This document shows positions 7,786 through 16,553 of a stretch of DNA of 20,099 nucleotides, in pieces. The translations under genes were made by a program, and so were the position numbers. The DNA is taken from NCBI GenBank assembly GCA_044866005.1, contig JBIOTN010000161.1, forward strand, positions 1-20,099, written 5' to 3'. The DNA comes from Candidatus Rokuibacteriota bacterium (GTDB taxonomy: Bacteria; Methylomirabilota; Methylomirabilia; Rokubacteriales; DASRDR01). Each line of letters begins with the position of its first letter. Positions within the stretch are counted from its first letter, which is position 1. The notes beneath the pieces are model-generated. The model had not been told where the DNA came from, searched no databases, and was given only the letters and a program-made list of their open reading frames with translations.

Positions 7786-9302
7786 CCGACGTCGATGACG
7801 ACGTAGCGCTCGGCGCCCTGCCGCTCGACGCGCAGCAGGACCTGGCTCGAGTCGGCCTGCCGCCGCGCCATCCCCTTCTCGACGTCCTCGAGCCCCGCGA
7901 TCGGAGTGCGGTTCACCTCGCGGATCACGTCGCCCTCGGTGATGCCGGCCTGCGCCGCGGGGGAGTCGGGCCGCACGTCGGTCACCACGACCCCCCTGTC
8001 GCCCTGGACGCCGAGCCGGCGCGCCAGCTCGGGCGTCAACTCGCGGAGCTCGAGGCCCAGGCGTGCCGCGACCTGGCTCTCGGGCCGGGCCTCGCCTGAG
8101 CGCGCCTGTCGGGAGTCGGCCATGTTGCCGACGGTGACCCGTACCGGCCGCACGCTCCCGTCACGCGCAACGCTGAGCTCGACCGTCTTGCCGATCTCGG
8201 TGTTGGCGACGAGCGCCGGCAGCACCCGCGGCGTATCGACCGGCTTCCCGTCGTAGCCGACGATCACGTCGCCGGGCTTGATGCCGGCGCGGTCCGCAGG
8301 CGAGCCCTCGACCACGGACGCGACCAGCGCGCCCTTCGTCTCGGTCAGGCCGAAGGACTTCGCCAGCTCCGGGGTCAGGGGCTGGATGGAGACGCCGAGC
8401 CAGCCGCGCGTCACGCGACCCGCCGTGCGGAGCTGTTGCAGGATCGGCTTCGCGAGGTCGACGGGAATGGCGAAGCCGACGCCCTGGAAGCCGCCGGTCC
8501 GGCTGGCGATCGCCGTGGCGATGCCCACGGCCTCGCCCCGCGTGTTGATGAGCGGCCCGCCGGAGTTCCCGGGGTTGATCGCGGCGTCGGTCTGGAGGAA
8601 GTCGTCGTAGCGTCCGGCGCCGATCACGCGCCCCGTGCCGCTGATGATGCCGACGGTCACGGTGTGGTCGAGCCCGAAGGGGTTGCCGATCGCCATGACG
8701 GGCTCCGCCACCTTGAGCGCGCTCGAGTTGCCGAGCGGGATCGTCGGCAAGCCGGTCGCCTCGACCTGGATCAGGGCGATGTCCGTCTCCGGATCGCTGC
8801 CGATGAGCTTGGCGGGAAGCTTTCGGCCGTCGCTGAGCGCGACCTCGATCGACTTCGCCTCGTCCACGACGTGGTGGTTGGTCACGATGTAGCCGTTGGG
8901 GTCGACGACGAAGCCCGAGCCGAGCCCACGGATCTGGCGAGGCGCGCGCTCCGGCCGGTCACGGAATTCGGGCGGCAGTTGCCGGCGGAACGGCTCGGGG
9001 ACCGCCTCCTCCCCGCCATCCCGCCCGCGGGCCGCCTCCCCCGTGACGCGGACGTTGACCACGGCGGGGGTGAGGGCCTCCGCGAGGCGGACCCAGGGGT
9101 AGGACTCCGGCAGTGCCCCTGCGAATTCCGCCGGCGGCGCCGGTCGCGCGGCGGGGGCGCTCCCGGCCGGGTCCGTGCCCTGCGAGGGCGAGGCGGCAAG
9201 GTGGACGTCCGGCGGGGCGGCGAGCGCCCAGAGCGGGACGGCAAGCAGCAGGGCGAGCAGCGCGACGGAGCCGCGGGCCCGCCAGGACGGTGGTAGCTTC
9301 AT
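7782..9302 (-). CDS. htrA: Do/DegP/DegQ family serine endoprotease (trypsin-like + 2 PDZ, signal peptide)
   Basis: PAVVNV, GLGSGFVV, TNHHVV (His), TDIALI (Asp), AIGNPFGL, QTDAAINPGNSGGPL (Ser), RGWLGV and two PDZ domains. GAGGAGG SD. Confidence 0.95.
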   Translation of the reverse strand: MKLPPSWRARGSVALLALLLAVPLWALAAPPDVHLAASPSQGTDPAGSAPAARPAPPAEFAGALPESYPWVRLAEALTPAVVNVRVTGEAARGRDGGEEAVPEPFRRQLPPEFRDRPERAPRQIRGLGSGFVVDPNGYIVTNHHVVDEAKSIEVALSDGRKLPAKLIGSDPETDIALIQVEATGLPTIPLGNSSALKVAEPVMAIGNPFGLDHTVTVGIISGTGRVIGAGRYDDFLQTDAAINPGNSGGPLINTRGEAVGIATAIASRTGGFQGVGFAIPVDLAKPILQQLRTAGRVTRGWLGVSIQPLTPELAKSFGLTETKGALVASVVEGSPADRAGIKPGDVIVGYDGKPVDTPRVLPALVANTEIGKTVELSVARDGSVRPVRVTVGNMADSRQARSGEARPESQVAARLGLELRELTPELARRLGVQGDRGVVVTDVRPDSPAAQAGITEGDVIREVNRTPIAGLEDVEKGMARRQADSSQVLLRVERQGAERYVVIDVG

Positions 9303-9421
9303 GGGGTCCTCCTCGTCAGGTGTTGGGGGCGAGACCTGGACATCGAACGTGCGCCTCCCCTATAGGGTACGACCGACGGGAAGCCCCCGCTCTTCACCGC
9401 AGGGCGGCCGCCGGCCCCGGG

Positions 9422-10612
9422 TCAGGCAGCCCGGTCGAGCGGCGGCGGCCATGGCCGGTCCCCGACTCGCGGGCGTGGCACGTCCGGATGGGCTCCGGCC
9501 GCGCGCAGGGTGAGGAGGTGCAGCACGTCCTTCAGGCTCACGTATCCCACGAGCCGCCCCGCCTGAAGCACGACCAGGCGCCCGATCCCGTTCCGGACGA
9601 GCTTCCCGAGCGCCTCCCAGCACGAGGCCGAGGGCGCGATGGTGAGGTCGTCACGGAGGCCGACCATGACGTCGCGCACCGCCGTCGCCGCCCAGGCGTC
9701 GCGTGGCACCTCCTTGACCTGGTTGACCGTGACCACGCCGACCACGCCCTCGCGCGTGTCGCTCCGCTCGAGGACCGGAAAGCTCGTGACGTGGTGCGGC
9801 CAGAAGTACCCGTCCACGAGGCGGTCGAGCGTGGCGGCCGCGGGGACCGTGATGACGGCGCGGGTCATCGCCTCGTGCACCGGCACGTGCTCGAGCGAGC
9901 GGCGCACGAGGAGTTCCCGGTAGCTCGCGCCGGCCGCCTGATGGAGGAAGAAGCCGATCAGGATGAGCCAGAGACCGGCAAACCCGCCGCCGCCGAAGAG
10001 CCGCAGGCCCCCCCACCCCATCAGGCCGAAGGCGACGACCGTGCCCGCCCGGCTCGCGATGCGGGTGGCGGCGACGAGGTCCCCCCGCCACGCCCAGAGC
10101 GCCGAGCGGAGGAGTCGACCCCCGTCGAGCGGAAAGCCCGGGACCAGGTTGAACGTGCCGACGAAGAGGTTCACCACGCCGAGGTACGCGAGCACCGCCT
10201 CGGGTCCCGGGGACAGCGCGAGCCCGCGCACGGCAAGCCAGCACCCCGCGGCGACCGCATAGCTCGTGAGCGGCCCGACGATCGCGATCGCGAACTCGTC
10301 ACGGGGGGACGCGGGCTCGCGCTCGAGCTCCGAGACGCCGCCGAAGACGTGGAGCGTGATCCCCGCGACGGGGAGTCCGCGCCGCTGCGCGACGAGCGCG
10401 TGGGAGAGCTCGTGGAGGAGCACCGACCCGAAGAGGAGGAGCGCGGCCACGAGCCCGTACAGCCAGGCCATCCCGATGGACGCCTCGGGCAGCTGCGCCG
10501 GGAAGTAGCCGGCCGCCAGCGTCCAGGTGATGAGCGCGAGGATCAGGAACCAGCTCCAGTGGAGCCGGATCGGGATCCCCGTGACCTGACCGAGCCGAAT
10601 CCCATCCCCCAT
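9422..10612 (-). CDS. Site-2 protease family (M50) zinc metalloprotease with tandem CBS domains
   Basis: GIPIRLHWSW, HELSH (HExxH), LHVFGGV, FNLVPGFPLDGGR and a C-terminal CBS pair (V.EAMTR...; VRDVM...GRLVGYVSLKDV). Confidence 0.93.
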   Translation of the reverse strand: MGDGIRLGQVTGIPIRLHWSWFLILALITWTLAAGYFPAQLPEASIGMAWLYGLVAALLLFGSVLLHELSHALVAQRRGLPVAGITLHVFGGVSELEREPASPRDEFAIAIVGPLTSYAVAAGCWLAVRGLALSPGPEAVLAYLGVVNLFVGTFNLVPGFPLDGGRLLRSALWAWRGDLVAATRIASRAGTVVAFGLMGWGGLRLFGGGGFAGLWLILIGFFLHQAAGASYRELLVRRSLEHVPVHEAMTRAVITVPAAATLDRLVDGYFWPHHVTSFPVLERSDTREGVVGVVTVNQVKEVPRDAWAATAVRDVMVGLRDDLTIAPSASCWEALGKLVRNGIGRLVVLQAGRLVGYVSLKDVLHLLTLRAAGAHPDVPRPRVGDRPWPPPLDRAA

Positions 10613-10639
10613 GTGTCCTCAGCCTCACTGCATGCAGGA

Positions 10640-10656
10640 AGCAAACCTGGGGCCAG
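10640..10656 (-). promoter_or_regulatory. Putative sigma54 (-24/-12) promoter of the S2P-CBS gene
   Basis: Minus strand CTGGC-CCCAGGT-TTGCT: GG-N10-GC spacing, ending ~28 nt before the ATG. A GAGGA SD follows. Confidence 0.7.
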
Positions 10657-10740
10657 GGGGCGAGAAGGGCCGTGCGGCGATACCTACGCCGCGGGGGAGG
10701 CAGGCCCGAGCCGTTCGGCCGCGGAAGGACCGCCGAGGCG

Positions 10741-10817
10741 CTCCGCGCGCCGGCTTCGCCGGCGTCACCCGGGGGAGGCATCGGAGGGGGCCGTCGAGGC
10801 CCCCTCCGAGAGACTAG
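10741..10817 (-). repeat. REP-like palindromic element, copy 3 (at the lipoprotein stop)
   Basis: Minus strand CTAGTCTC-TCGGAGGGGGCC-TCGAC-GGCCCCCTCCGA-TGCCTCCCCC, then CGCCGGC-GAA-GCCGGCG. Confidence 0.85.
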
Positions 10818-11434
10818 AAGTTGGCCTCGAAGAAGCGGATCGTCCAGCCCGGCGCGCGCGGATCCACGGCCAGGATCTGGTCGAAGGTCCCGACGAGCCG
10901 CCGCCCGAATTGGGTATCCACGAAGGCCTGCGCCACGATCCGGTGCCGCCCGATGTCGAGGTTCACCGGGGACTGGTCGCCGGGGCGGAGAACGAGCGGG
11001 CCCGGGCTTCCGGGAGGCGCGTCGATGAAGACGTGCACCTCCCAGGGCGTGCTGTTCGTGACGACGCCGCGGGTCGGATCCGGCGGTGGGGCCGGGAGCA
11101 CCGCAGGGGGCGGCGGGGGAGGGCTCACGACGGCCCACTGTCCGGGAGGCGGCGGAGGCGGCGTCGCGGTGGGCTGCGGAGGTGGCGCGGCCGTCGCAGC
11201 GGCGGCGGTCTGGCGGTGGGCGATGTTCTCGCCGACGAGGGCCCCGAGGAGCCCGCCGATGACCGCCCCGAGGACCGCGTTCGGCCCGGCGTGGCGACCC
11301 GAGGTCGCGGCGCCGATGAACGCGCCGCTCCCGGCCCCGATGACCGCCCCTTTCGCGGTCGTCTCGGCACAGCCGGCAAGGAAGACGAGGGCCAGGACGA
11401 GCGCGACGACGCGACAGCCGAGTCGTGTGACCAC
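10814..11434 (-). CDS. Glycine-zipper lipoprotein with Pro-rich linker and small beta-rich C-terminal domain
   Basis: Lipobox LAGC; KGAVIGAGSGAFIGAA...NAVLGAVIGGLLGALVG (glycine zipper 2TM); poly-Pro linker; VVTNSTPWEVHVFID...LDIGRHRIVA. Confidence 0.8.
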   Translation of the reverse strand: MVTRLGCRVVALVLALVFLAGCAETTAKGAVIGAGSGAFIGAATSGRHAGPNAVLGAVIGGLLGALVGENIAHRQTAAAATAAPPPQPTATPPPPPPGQWAVVSPPPPPPAVLPAPPPDPTRGVVTNSTPWEVHVFIDAPPGSPGPLVLRPGDQSPVNLDIGRHRIVAQAFVDTQFGRRLVGTFDQILAVDPRAPGWTIRFFEANF

Positions 11435-11479
11435 CTGCGTACCCCCCTGGAACCGCCCCGCTCGGGCGGCCCGTCACGC

Positions 11480-11509
11480 AGTCTACCCCACGGGCTCCTC
11501 GGGTGTCCA
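11480..11509 (-). promoter_or_regulatory. Putative sigma70-type promoter for the glycine-zipper lipoprotein
   Basis: Minus strand TGGACA-N18-TAGACT. Confidence 0.45.
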
Positions 11510-11669
11510 ATCACCCGCCCCCGTCGGGGCAATCCCGACCCGGGACTCGATCGCTTGGACGGAGATGCGGCGCGGGTCTTCACCCGCCGGGGGGGCGGGG
11601 CCAGTGTGCGCAGGGGCTCGGGGGCGGCCCCGACCGGGAGGGCCGGAAGGACGGAGGGAAGCCGGGTCC

Positions 11670-11703
11670 GGGGGAGGCCGGCCGGCGGGCTCAGCCCGCC
11701 GGC
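11670..11703 (-). repeat. Hairpin after the M48 stop, with REP-like CCTCCCCC tail
   Basis: Plus strand GGGGGAGGCCG-GCCGGCGGGC-TCA-GCCCGCCGGC: a 10-bp stem. Confidence 0.5.
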
Positions 11704-11719
11704 GCCGCCGCCACCCGGG

Positions 11720-12418
11720 TCATTGCATCCGGCGAAGCGCGGCGATGCGCTCGTCCACGCCGGGATGCGTGGAGAAGAAGCCCCCGCGGCCCCCGCTGCC
11801 GGTGATCCCCTTGAGCCATTCGAGCGTCCGCTCCATCGCTCCCTTCGAGGAGCCGACGCGTCGGAGGATCTCGACGCCGTGCCGGTCCGCCTCGAGCTCC
11901 TCACGCCGGCTGTAGGCCCGCGTGATCAGCGAGCCGGCGATCGGAGCGATCTGGCCCGTGCCCGGAAAGATCTGGTCGAGGATGACGGCACCGATGCCGA
12001 GCCCCGTGCTCAGGGTCTGCGCTTTCGCCACGTGCCCGAGGTCGTCGTGCGCCACCTCGTGCGCGAGCACCGCCTGGAGCTGCTCGTCATTGGCCTTGTC
12101 GAGGAGCCCGCGCGTGACGAAGAACTGGCCGCTCCCCGCGTTCGCCGCGTTGATGGAGTCGTCGGCGATGATCCCCACGCGGACCTGATCGAGAGGCCGG
12201 GGACTGTTGGCCGCGCGGAGGAGGGGCACCATGAGCTGCGAGATGCGCGTGGCGTCCCGCGGATCCGCGCGCTCCGCCTTCGTGGTCGGCTGGCGTCCGG
12301 TCGGCGCCGGCGTCCGACCGCCTCCCGACGGCTCCAGCACCACGCCACCGCACCCCGCCAGGAGCAGACACACCGCCGGGACACTCGCCCGAATCCATGC
12401 ACGCCTGGATATCATCAC
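11720..12418 (-). CDS. M48 family zinc metallopeptidase, lipoprotein
   Basis: Lipobox LAGC; INAA, FVTRGLL, QLQAVLAHEVAH (HExxH), YSRREELEADRHG, FFSTHP...ERI. Confidence 0.9.
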   Translation of the reverse strand: MMISRRAWIRASVPAVCLLLAGCGGVVLEPSGGGRTPAPTGRQPTTKAERADPRDATRISQLMVPLLRAANSPRPLDQVRVGIIADDSINAANAGSGQFFVTRGLLDKANDEQLQAVLAHEVAHDDLGHVAKAQTLSTGLGIGAVILDQIFPGTGQIAPIAGSLITRAYSRREELEADRHGVEILRRVGSSKGAMERTLEWLKGITGSGGRGGFFSTHPGVDERIAALRRMQ

Positions 12419-12593
12419 GTCGCTCTCACCTGCCCTCCGACCTGCCGAGCCTTCCGAGCCGCCGAGCTGCCGACCCCCAACCGCGATCGCGGCGGTCCAG
12501 CAGACGAGCCCGGCCGGCCGATCCCGTCCGACCGACCGAGCCCGTCCACCGGAGTTCGACGGCGACCGCCGGGATTCGATTCAACCGCCCCGA

Positions 12594-12845
12594 TTACACC
12601 GATCGGCGCGCCAGCATCCGGTAAAGCGCCAGCAGGATGATCGCGCCGAGCACCGCCATGAGGAACCCCACGGGATCGCCCTCGCCATACCAGCCGGCGG
12701 CGCGCCCGACGTACCCGCCGACCAGGGCGCCCGCAATCCCGAGCAGGACGGTCACGATGAAGCCCCCCGGGTCGCGCCCCGGCATGACCAGCTTCGCGAT
12801 GATCCCGACGATGAGCCCGAAGAGAATCCAGCCCAGTATGCTCAT
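12594..12845 (-). CDS. GlsB/YeaQ/YmgE family stress-response membrane protein (transglycosylase-associated)
   Basis: MSILGWILFGLIVGIIAKLVMPGRDPGGFIVTVLLGIAGALVGG...AVLGAIILL; strong GAGGAGGAGG SD. Confidence 0.93.
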   Translation of the reverse strand: MSILGWILFGLIVGIIAKLVMPGRDPGGFIVTVLLGIAGALVGGYVGRAAGWYGEGDPVGFLMAVLGAIILLALYRMLARRSV

Positions 12846-12952
12846 GTTCCGCCCATCCTCCTCCTCGTGTTCGGCGTGGCCGGCGCCGGGGGTCGCGCCG
12901 CCGCCGTCCGCGTGCCACAGCCCGCGTGACGGAAATCCCCGGTAGGCAGGGG

Positions 12953-12968
12953 TGCAAAGAGGATGCCG
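12953..12968 (-). promoter_or_regulatory. Putative sigma54 promoter of the GlsB/YeaQ/YmgE gene
   Basis: Minus strand CGGC-ATCCTCT-TTGCA (GG-N10-GC). Confidence 0.65.
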
Positions 12969-13239
12969 TGCAGGAAGCCGGCGGGGCCGGCACGCCCGCG
13001 GTCAGGCCGGTCAGGCGGGGCGCCAGGCGAGCCGGATCGCGGCGGAGCCGACACCGAGCGCCACGGCGCCCCAGTCGGGCGCGGAGCCGGCGGCGATCCT
13101 GCGGCGGGCGCGGACCCGGCCGCGTCGCGCGGCCAGGGCGGCCGGCGCCGGGCCGGCCACGCGGCGTGGGACGGCCGGCGCGAGGCGGCTTGGCCTCGGC
13201 ACGGCCGGCACGGCGCGGGCCTCCAGGGAGACCACGATC

Positions 13240-14027
13240 TCAGGCCGCCGTGGTCTCGCCACCGAGGAGCGAGAGCACCTCGCCGGTCACGTAGCTCGCG
13301 TCGCTCTCCGAGGCGAAGAAGACGAAGGCCGGTGCGATCTCTTCCGGCTGCGCCGGACGCCCCATCGGCGTCTTGGCGCCGAACTCCGCGATAGCCTCGG
13401 GGGGCTGGTCGGCCGGATTGAGCGGGGTCCAGACCGGACCGGGAGCGACGCAGTTGACCCGGATCCCGCGCTGGAGGAGGTTCTGGGCGCGCGACTTCGT
13501 GAACGCGTTGATGGCGCCCTTCGTGGCCGAGTAGTCGAGCAGGCGCCCGCTGCCGCGGAGGCCCGCGATCGAGCCGCAGTTCACGATGACGCTGCCGCGC
13601 TTCATGTGGCGGACGGCCGCGCGCGCCATGTAGAGGTAACCGTAGATGTTGGTCCGGAACGTCCGGTCCCACTGCGCATCGGAGATCTCTTCGATCGCCG
13701 CTCGCTGCTGCCGGAAGGCGGCGTTGTTCACCAGGACGTCGAGCCGGCCGAGCTCGCGGACCGTCCGCTCGACCGCGGCGCGACAGAAGCGCGGCTCGGT
13801 CACGTCGCCCGGGATCAGCAGGGCGCGCCGCCTCTCGGCTTCGACGCCGGGGCCTCGTATTCGGGACGCGGCCGCAGCTTGGACTCGAGACCGGGCTTCG
13901 GCTGGTGCTGCTCGGGGAACGGGGCGGCCGGGCGGCGACGCGGAGCCCCGGCGGAACGGGCGGGGCCGTCCGCGGGGGCGGGGCGCCCGCGCCGACTATC
14001 CGGCGGCCGAGCGCTCGGGCGCGACAT
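13240..14027 (-). pseudogene. YghA/YdaD-like general-stress SDR oxidoreductase with an internal deletion and frameshift
   Basis: N-terminal FPEQHQPKPGLESKLRPRPEYEAP joins out of frame at ~13846 to VEAERRRALLIPGDV...VLVNNAA...DYSATKG...GIRVNCVAPGPVWTPL. The TGGDSGIG Rossmann segment is absent. Confidence 0.82.
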
Positions 14028-14244
14028 CGCTCGGCACGGCGCCGACGGTGATGGTCCGCCGGACGCGCCCGTCCGCGGTGTGGACGACGACGAGCGAGGG
14101 TGCGACCGTCTCGGCCAGGTCGAGCGCCGCTTCGATGGCGCGGCCCCGACCGCGAGCGTGGAACCGGAGGTCCTCACGCCCGTCGAGCTGGACCACCCAC
14201 CGGCGGTGCTGATTGAACACTCGGATCACAGCGATGTCTGGCAT
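13996..14244 (-). CDS. Small DUF2188-like protein
   Basis: MPDIAVIRVFNQHRRWVVQLDG...RAIEAALDLA...LVVVHTADGRVRR matches the W.V / A...A..LA / V.H..DG pattern of DUF2188. Confidence 0.6.
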   Translation of the reverse strand: MPDIAVIRVFNQHRRWVVQLDGREDLRFHARGRGRAIEAALDLAETVAPSLVVVHTADGRVRRTITVGAVPSDVAPERSAAG

Positions 14245-14316
14245 CTCTACGGCAGCCGGCGCCCTCCGCTGGCCAGACCCCTCGCTGCTCCTGCGCCCAC
14301 CGGCGACCCAGAGCGT

Positions 14317-14332
14317 AGCAAGTTCTGTACCG
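14317..14332 (-). promoter_or_regulatory. Putative sigma54 promoter of the DUF2188-SDR unit
   Basis: Minus strand CGGT-ACAGAAC-TTGCT (GG-N10-GC). Confidence 0.6.
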
Positions 14333-14404
14333 CCCCGGGCCGCAGTCCGGTCGCCGCCACCCGTCGCCGTCATGGTCGCAAGACCAACCCCCGCCGAGCC
14401 GCGC

Positions 14405-14851
14405 TCACGCCGCGGCTTCGAGCCGCTCCCGACGCTCCGTGATGGCGCGGCCGATCGCATCCAGCCGCGAGGGTCCGAGGGCACGCGCGGCGACCGGAAA
14501 GAGCCGCGATTCCTCTTCCCGCACGTGGCCCTGTACGGTCCGTTCGAGCTCGCCGACCGCGCGGCCGAACTCGCTGTCGCGTGGGTCCATGCCGATCAGG
14601 CGCTCGATCAGGTCCTCCATGTGGGCGTGCACGGTGCCGGCCTCGGCGACGAGCTGCCGGCCCTCGGCGTCGTCCGACTCTTCGAGCGCGGGATAGAAGA
14701 ACTCCTCCTCGAGCTGCGAGTGGAGCACGAGATCGGCGGCGAGCTCGCGCAGGGTCTCGAGCCGACGCCCGGCGCCGCTCTCGTCCTGAAGCCGGGCGAA
14801 GAGCGCGCGGACCGCGTCGTGGTCCCGCTTGAGGAGTGAGGTGGCGTCCAT
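14405..14851 (-). CDS. Hemerythrin/HHE cation-binding domain protein
   Basis: MDATSLLKRDH...LHSQLEEEFFYP...TVH...GHVREEESRLFP; AAAGGAG SD before ATG 14851. Confidence 0.9.
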   Translation of the reverse strand: MDATSLLKRDHDAVRALFARLQDESGAGRRLETLRELAADLVLHSQLEEEFFYPALEESDDAEGRQLVAEAGTVHAHMEDLIERLIGMDPRDSEFGRAVGELERTVQGHVREEESRLFPVAARALGPSRLDAIGRAITERRERLEAAA

Positions 14852-14915
14852 GCCGTCTCCTTTTCTTCGTCGCACGGGGGCTCGGCCCCGGGCCTGGGAG
14901 TGACATGGGAGGGGG

Positions 14916-14932
14916 AGCAAAATGGCGGCCAA
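14916..14932 (-). promoter_or_regulatory. Putative sigma54 promoter of the hemerythrin gene
   Basis: Minus strand TTGGC-CGCCATT-TTGCT (GG-N10-GC). Confidence 0.7.
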
Positions 14933-15170
14933 CCGCGCCCCTCGGCGCCGTGGCGGCCGATCGGGCCCGCCGCCCGGGGGCCGGGCGCGAGTGCCCGTGT
15001 GGGCGAGCCGCGGCGGCCCGGCCGGGCCACGCCGCGCGCGGCGCTCGGAGGGGCCCGTCGGGTCGCCGCCGCGTCCGGTTCCCCGGCGACGTCGGGACCG
15101 CGACGGGTGGGGCCGCGGCCCGCGGGCGGCAGGACCCCCGTCGGGACCCGCGCGCCGGCGGGGCCGGCGG

Positions 15171-16403
15171 TCAGAGCAGCGACTTGACGATGGCGCCCGC
15201 CTTCATGATGAGGAGGAGGTTCTCGCCCGACTGGAAGAGCCCGAGGTCGCGGAGCGGATCGCCGCGGACGACGAGGAGGTCGGCGTCTTTGCCGGGCTCG
15301 AGGGTGCCGATCCGGTCGGCCAGCCCGAAGAGCTCGGCGTTGGTGCGGGTGGCGCTCACGAGCGCTTCCATCGGTGAGAGCACCTGCCCCTTCAGCGCGA
15401 GCTCCATCGGCTTGTAGGCGTGCATCGGCCCGAGGAGGTCCGAGCCCGACGCGATGCGCAGGCCGAGCCGGCGGGCCAGCGCGAGGCTCTCCACGCTCTT
15501 CTCGCGGGCCAGGCGGATCTTCCGGAGGTTCTCCTCGGGGATCCCGTAGCGCCCGCCCTCGCGGGCGAGAATCTCGTAGGTGACCATGGTCGGGACCAGG
15601 AACGCGTCGGCGGTCTTGAGCGCCTGGGCCGCGACCTCGTCCATGAGGTTCCCGTGCTCGATCGAGCGGACGCCCGCCTCGACGGCGTTCCGTACCGCCG
15701 CCCCGGAGTACGCGTGGGCGCAGACGTACTTGCCGGCCGCCCGCGCTTCCTCCACCGCGGCGCGCAGCTCGTCGACCGTGAACTGCGTCGTGTCGAGCTC
15801 GTCGGTCGGCGACATCGCGCCGCCCGAGGCCATGACCTTGAGCTGGTCCGCGCCGCGGCGCAGCTCCTCGCGCGCGGCCCGGCGGACGGCGTCCGGCCCG
15901 TCGGCAATGCTGCCCAGCATCCCGACGCAGCAGTCGAGCGGCGGCCCGGTCTCGGTCCGCCGCCGCACGTCGGCGTGCCCGCCGGTCTGCGAGAGGGGCC
16001 GGCCGCTGACGAGGAGGCGCGGGCCCATCACGACGCCCGACTCGACCGCCGCCCGCAACCCCCAGTCCGCGCCGCCGCAATCGCGGACCGTCGTGTACCC
16101 CTGGAAGAGCGTCTCGCGCAGCGCCACGCCGGCCTTCAGCACGGCGAGGCTCGCCGGCAGCGTCCGGTGCTGCTCGAGGATGTTCGCCTCGACCGCCATC
16201 ACGTGGACGTGCGCGTCGGTGAGGCCCGGCATCACGGTGTGACCGCGGCAGTCGAGGACCGCCGCGCCGGCCGGCCGCGCCACGCGGCCGGCGGGGGCGA
16301 TCTCCTGGATGCGCCCGTCCTCGATCGCGAGGGCCGCGCCCTCGAGCGGCTCCCGGCCTGTCCCGTCGATGACCCGCGCGTTGAGGAGAATGGTGCCCGG
16401 CAT
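15171..16403 (-). CDS. Metal-dependent amidohydrolase (prolidase/Xaa-Pro dipeptidase-like, Amidohydro_1)
   Basis: VMPGLTDAHVH (HxH), GYTTVRDCGG, SQTGGHAD, GADQLKVMASGG, AHAYS, SIEHG, GSD, GTLEPGKDADLLVVRGDPL. Confidence 0.93.
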   Translation of the reverse strand: MPGTILLNARVIDGTGREPLEGAALAIEDGRIQEIAPAGRVARPAGAAVLDCRGHTVMPGLTDAHVHVMAVEANILEQHRTLPASLAVLKAGVALRETLFQGYTTVRDCGGADWGLRAAVESGVVMGPRLLVSGRPLSQTGGHADVRRRTETGPPLDCCVGMLGSIADGPDAVRRAAREELRRGADQLKVMASGGAMSPTDELDTTQFTVDELRAAVEEARAAGKYVCAHAYSGAAVRNAVEAGVRSIEHGNLMDEVAAQALKTADAFLVPTMVTYEILAREGGRYGIPEENLRKIRLAREKSVESLALARRLGLRIASGSDLLGPMHAYKPMELALKGQVLSPMEALVSATRTNAELFGLADRIGTLEPGKDADLLVVRGDPLRDLGLFQSGENLLLIMKAGAIVKSLL

Positions 16404-16553
16404 CCGACTCGCTCCGCGGCTCCGCGTTACCTTACTGTAGGGGCGGCGGGCCGTCCAGCGATTAGGGGCCGGGCCGGCGCCGTCAGAGAGAGCGAGACTC
16501 GGCGGGGCCCACGCGCCCCTGGCCGCGGGGCCGGCCGACGAAGGAGGAGAGTC

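Noticed and set aside
4549..8099. Long alternative-frame and antisense ORFs over treY (898 aa, 1159 aa)
   Set aside because: Arg/Gly/Pro-rich shadow ORFs expected at very high GC; no motifs.
9355..9400. ECF-type promoter upstream of htrA (TGAAGA...CGTA)
   Set aside because: Spacing is too long for the usual ECF consensus and ambiguous with a TACCCT -10.
11527..11545. Fifth sigma54 motif (GGGTCGGGATTGCC) upstream of the glycine-zipper gene
   Set aside because: GG-to-GC spacing is 9, not 10; a sigma70-like promoter fits better.
9113..12640. 1175-aa plus-strand ORF
   Set aside because: Antisense to several well-supported minus-strand genes; low-complexity translation.
13011..13262. Small ORF after the SDR ending ...DWGAVALGVGSAAIRLAWRPA
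   Set aside because: It has a GGAGG and a short hydrophobic tail, but is mostly low-complexity Ala/Arg/Pro; not supportable.
15420..16553. N-terminal 378 codons of the 839-aa ORF as part of the HtrA-like protein
   Set aside because: Antisense to the amidohydrolase. The real start is ATG 16554, with SD and signal peptide.
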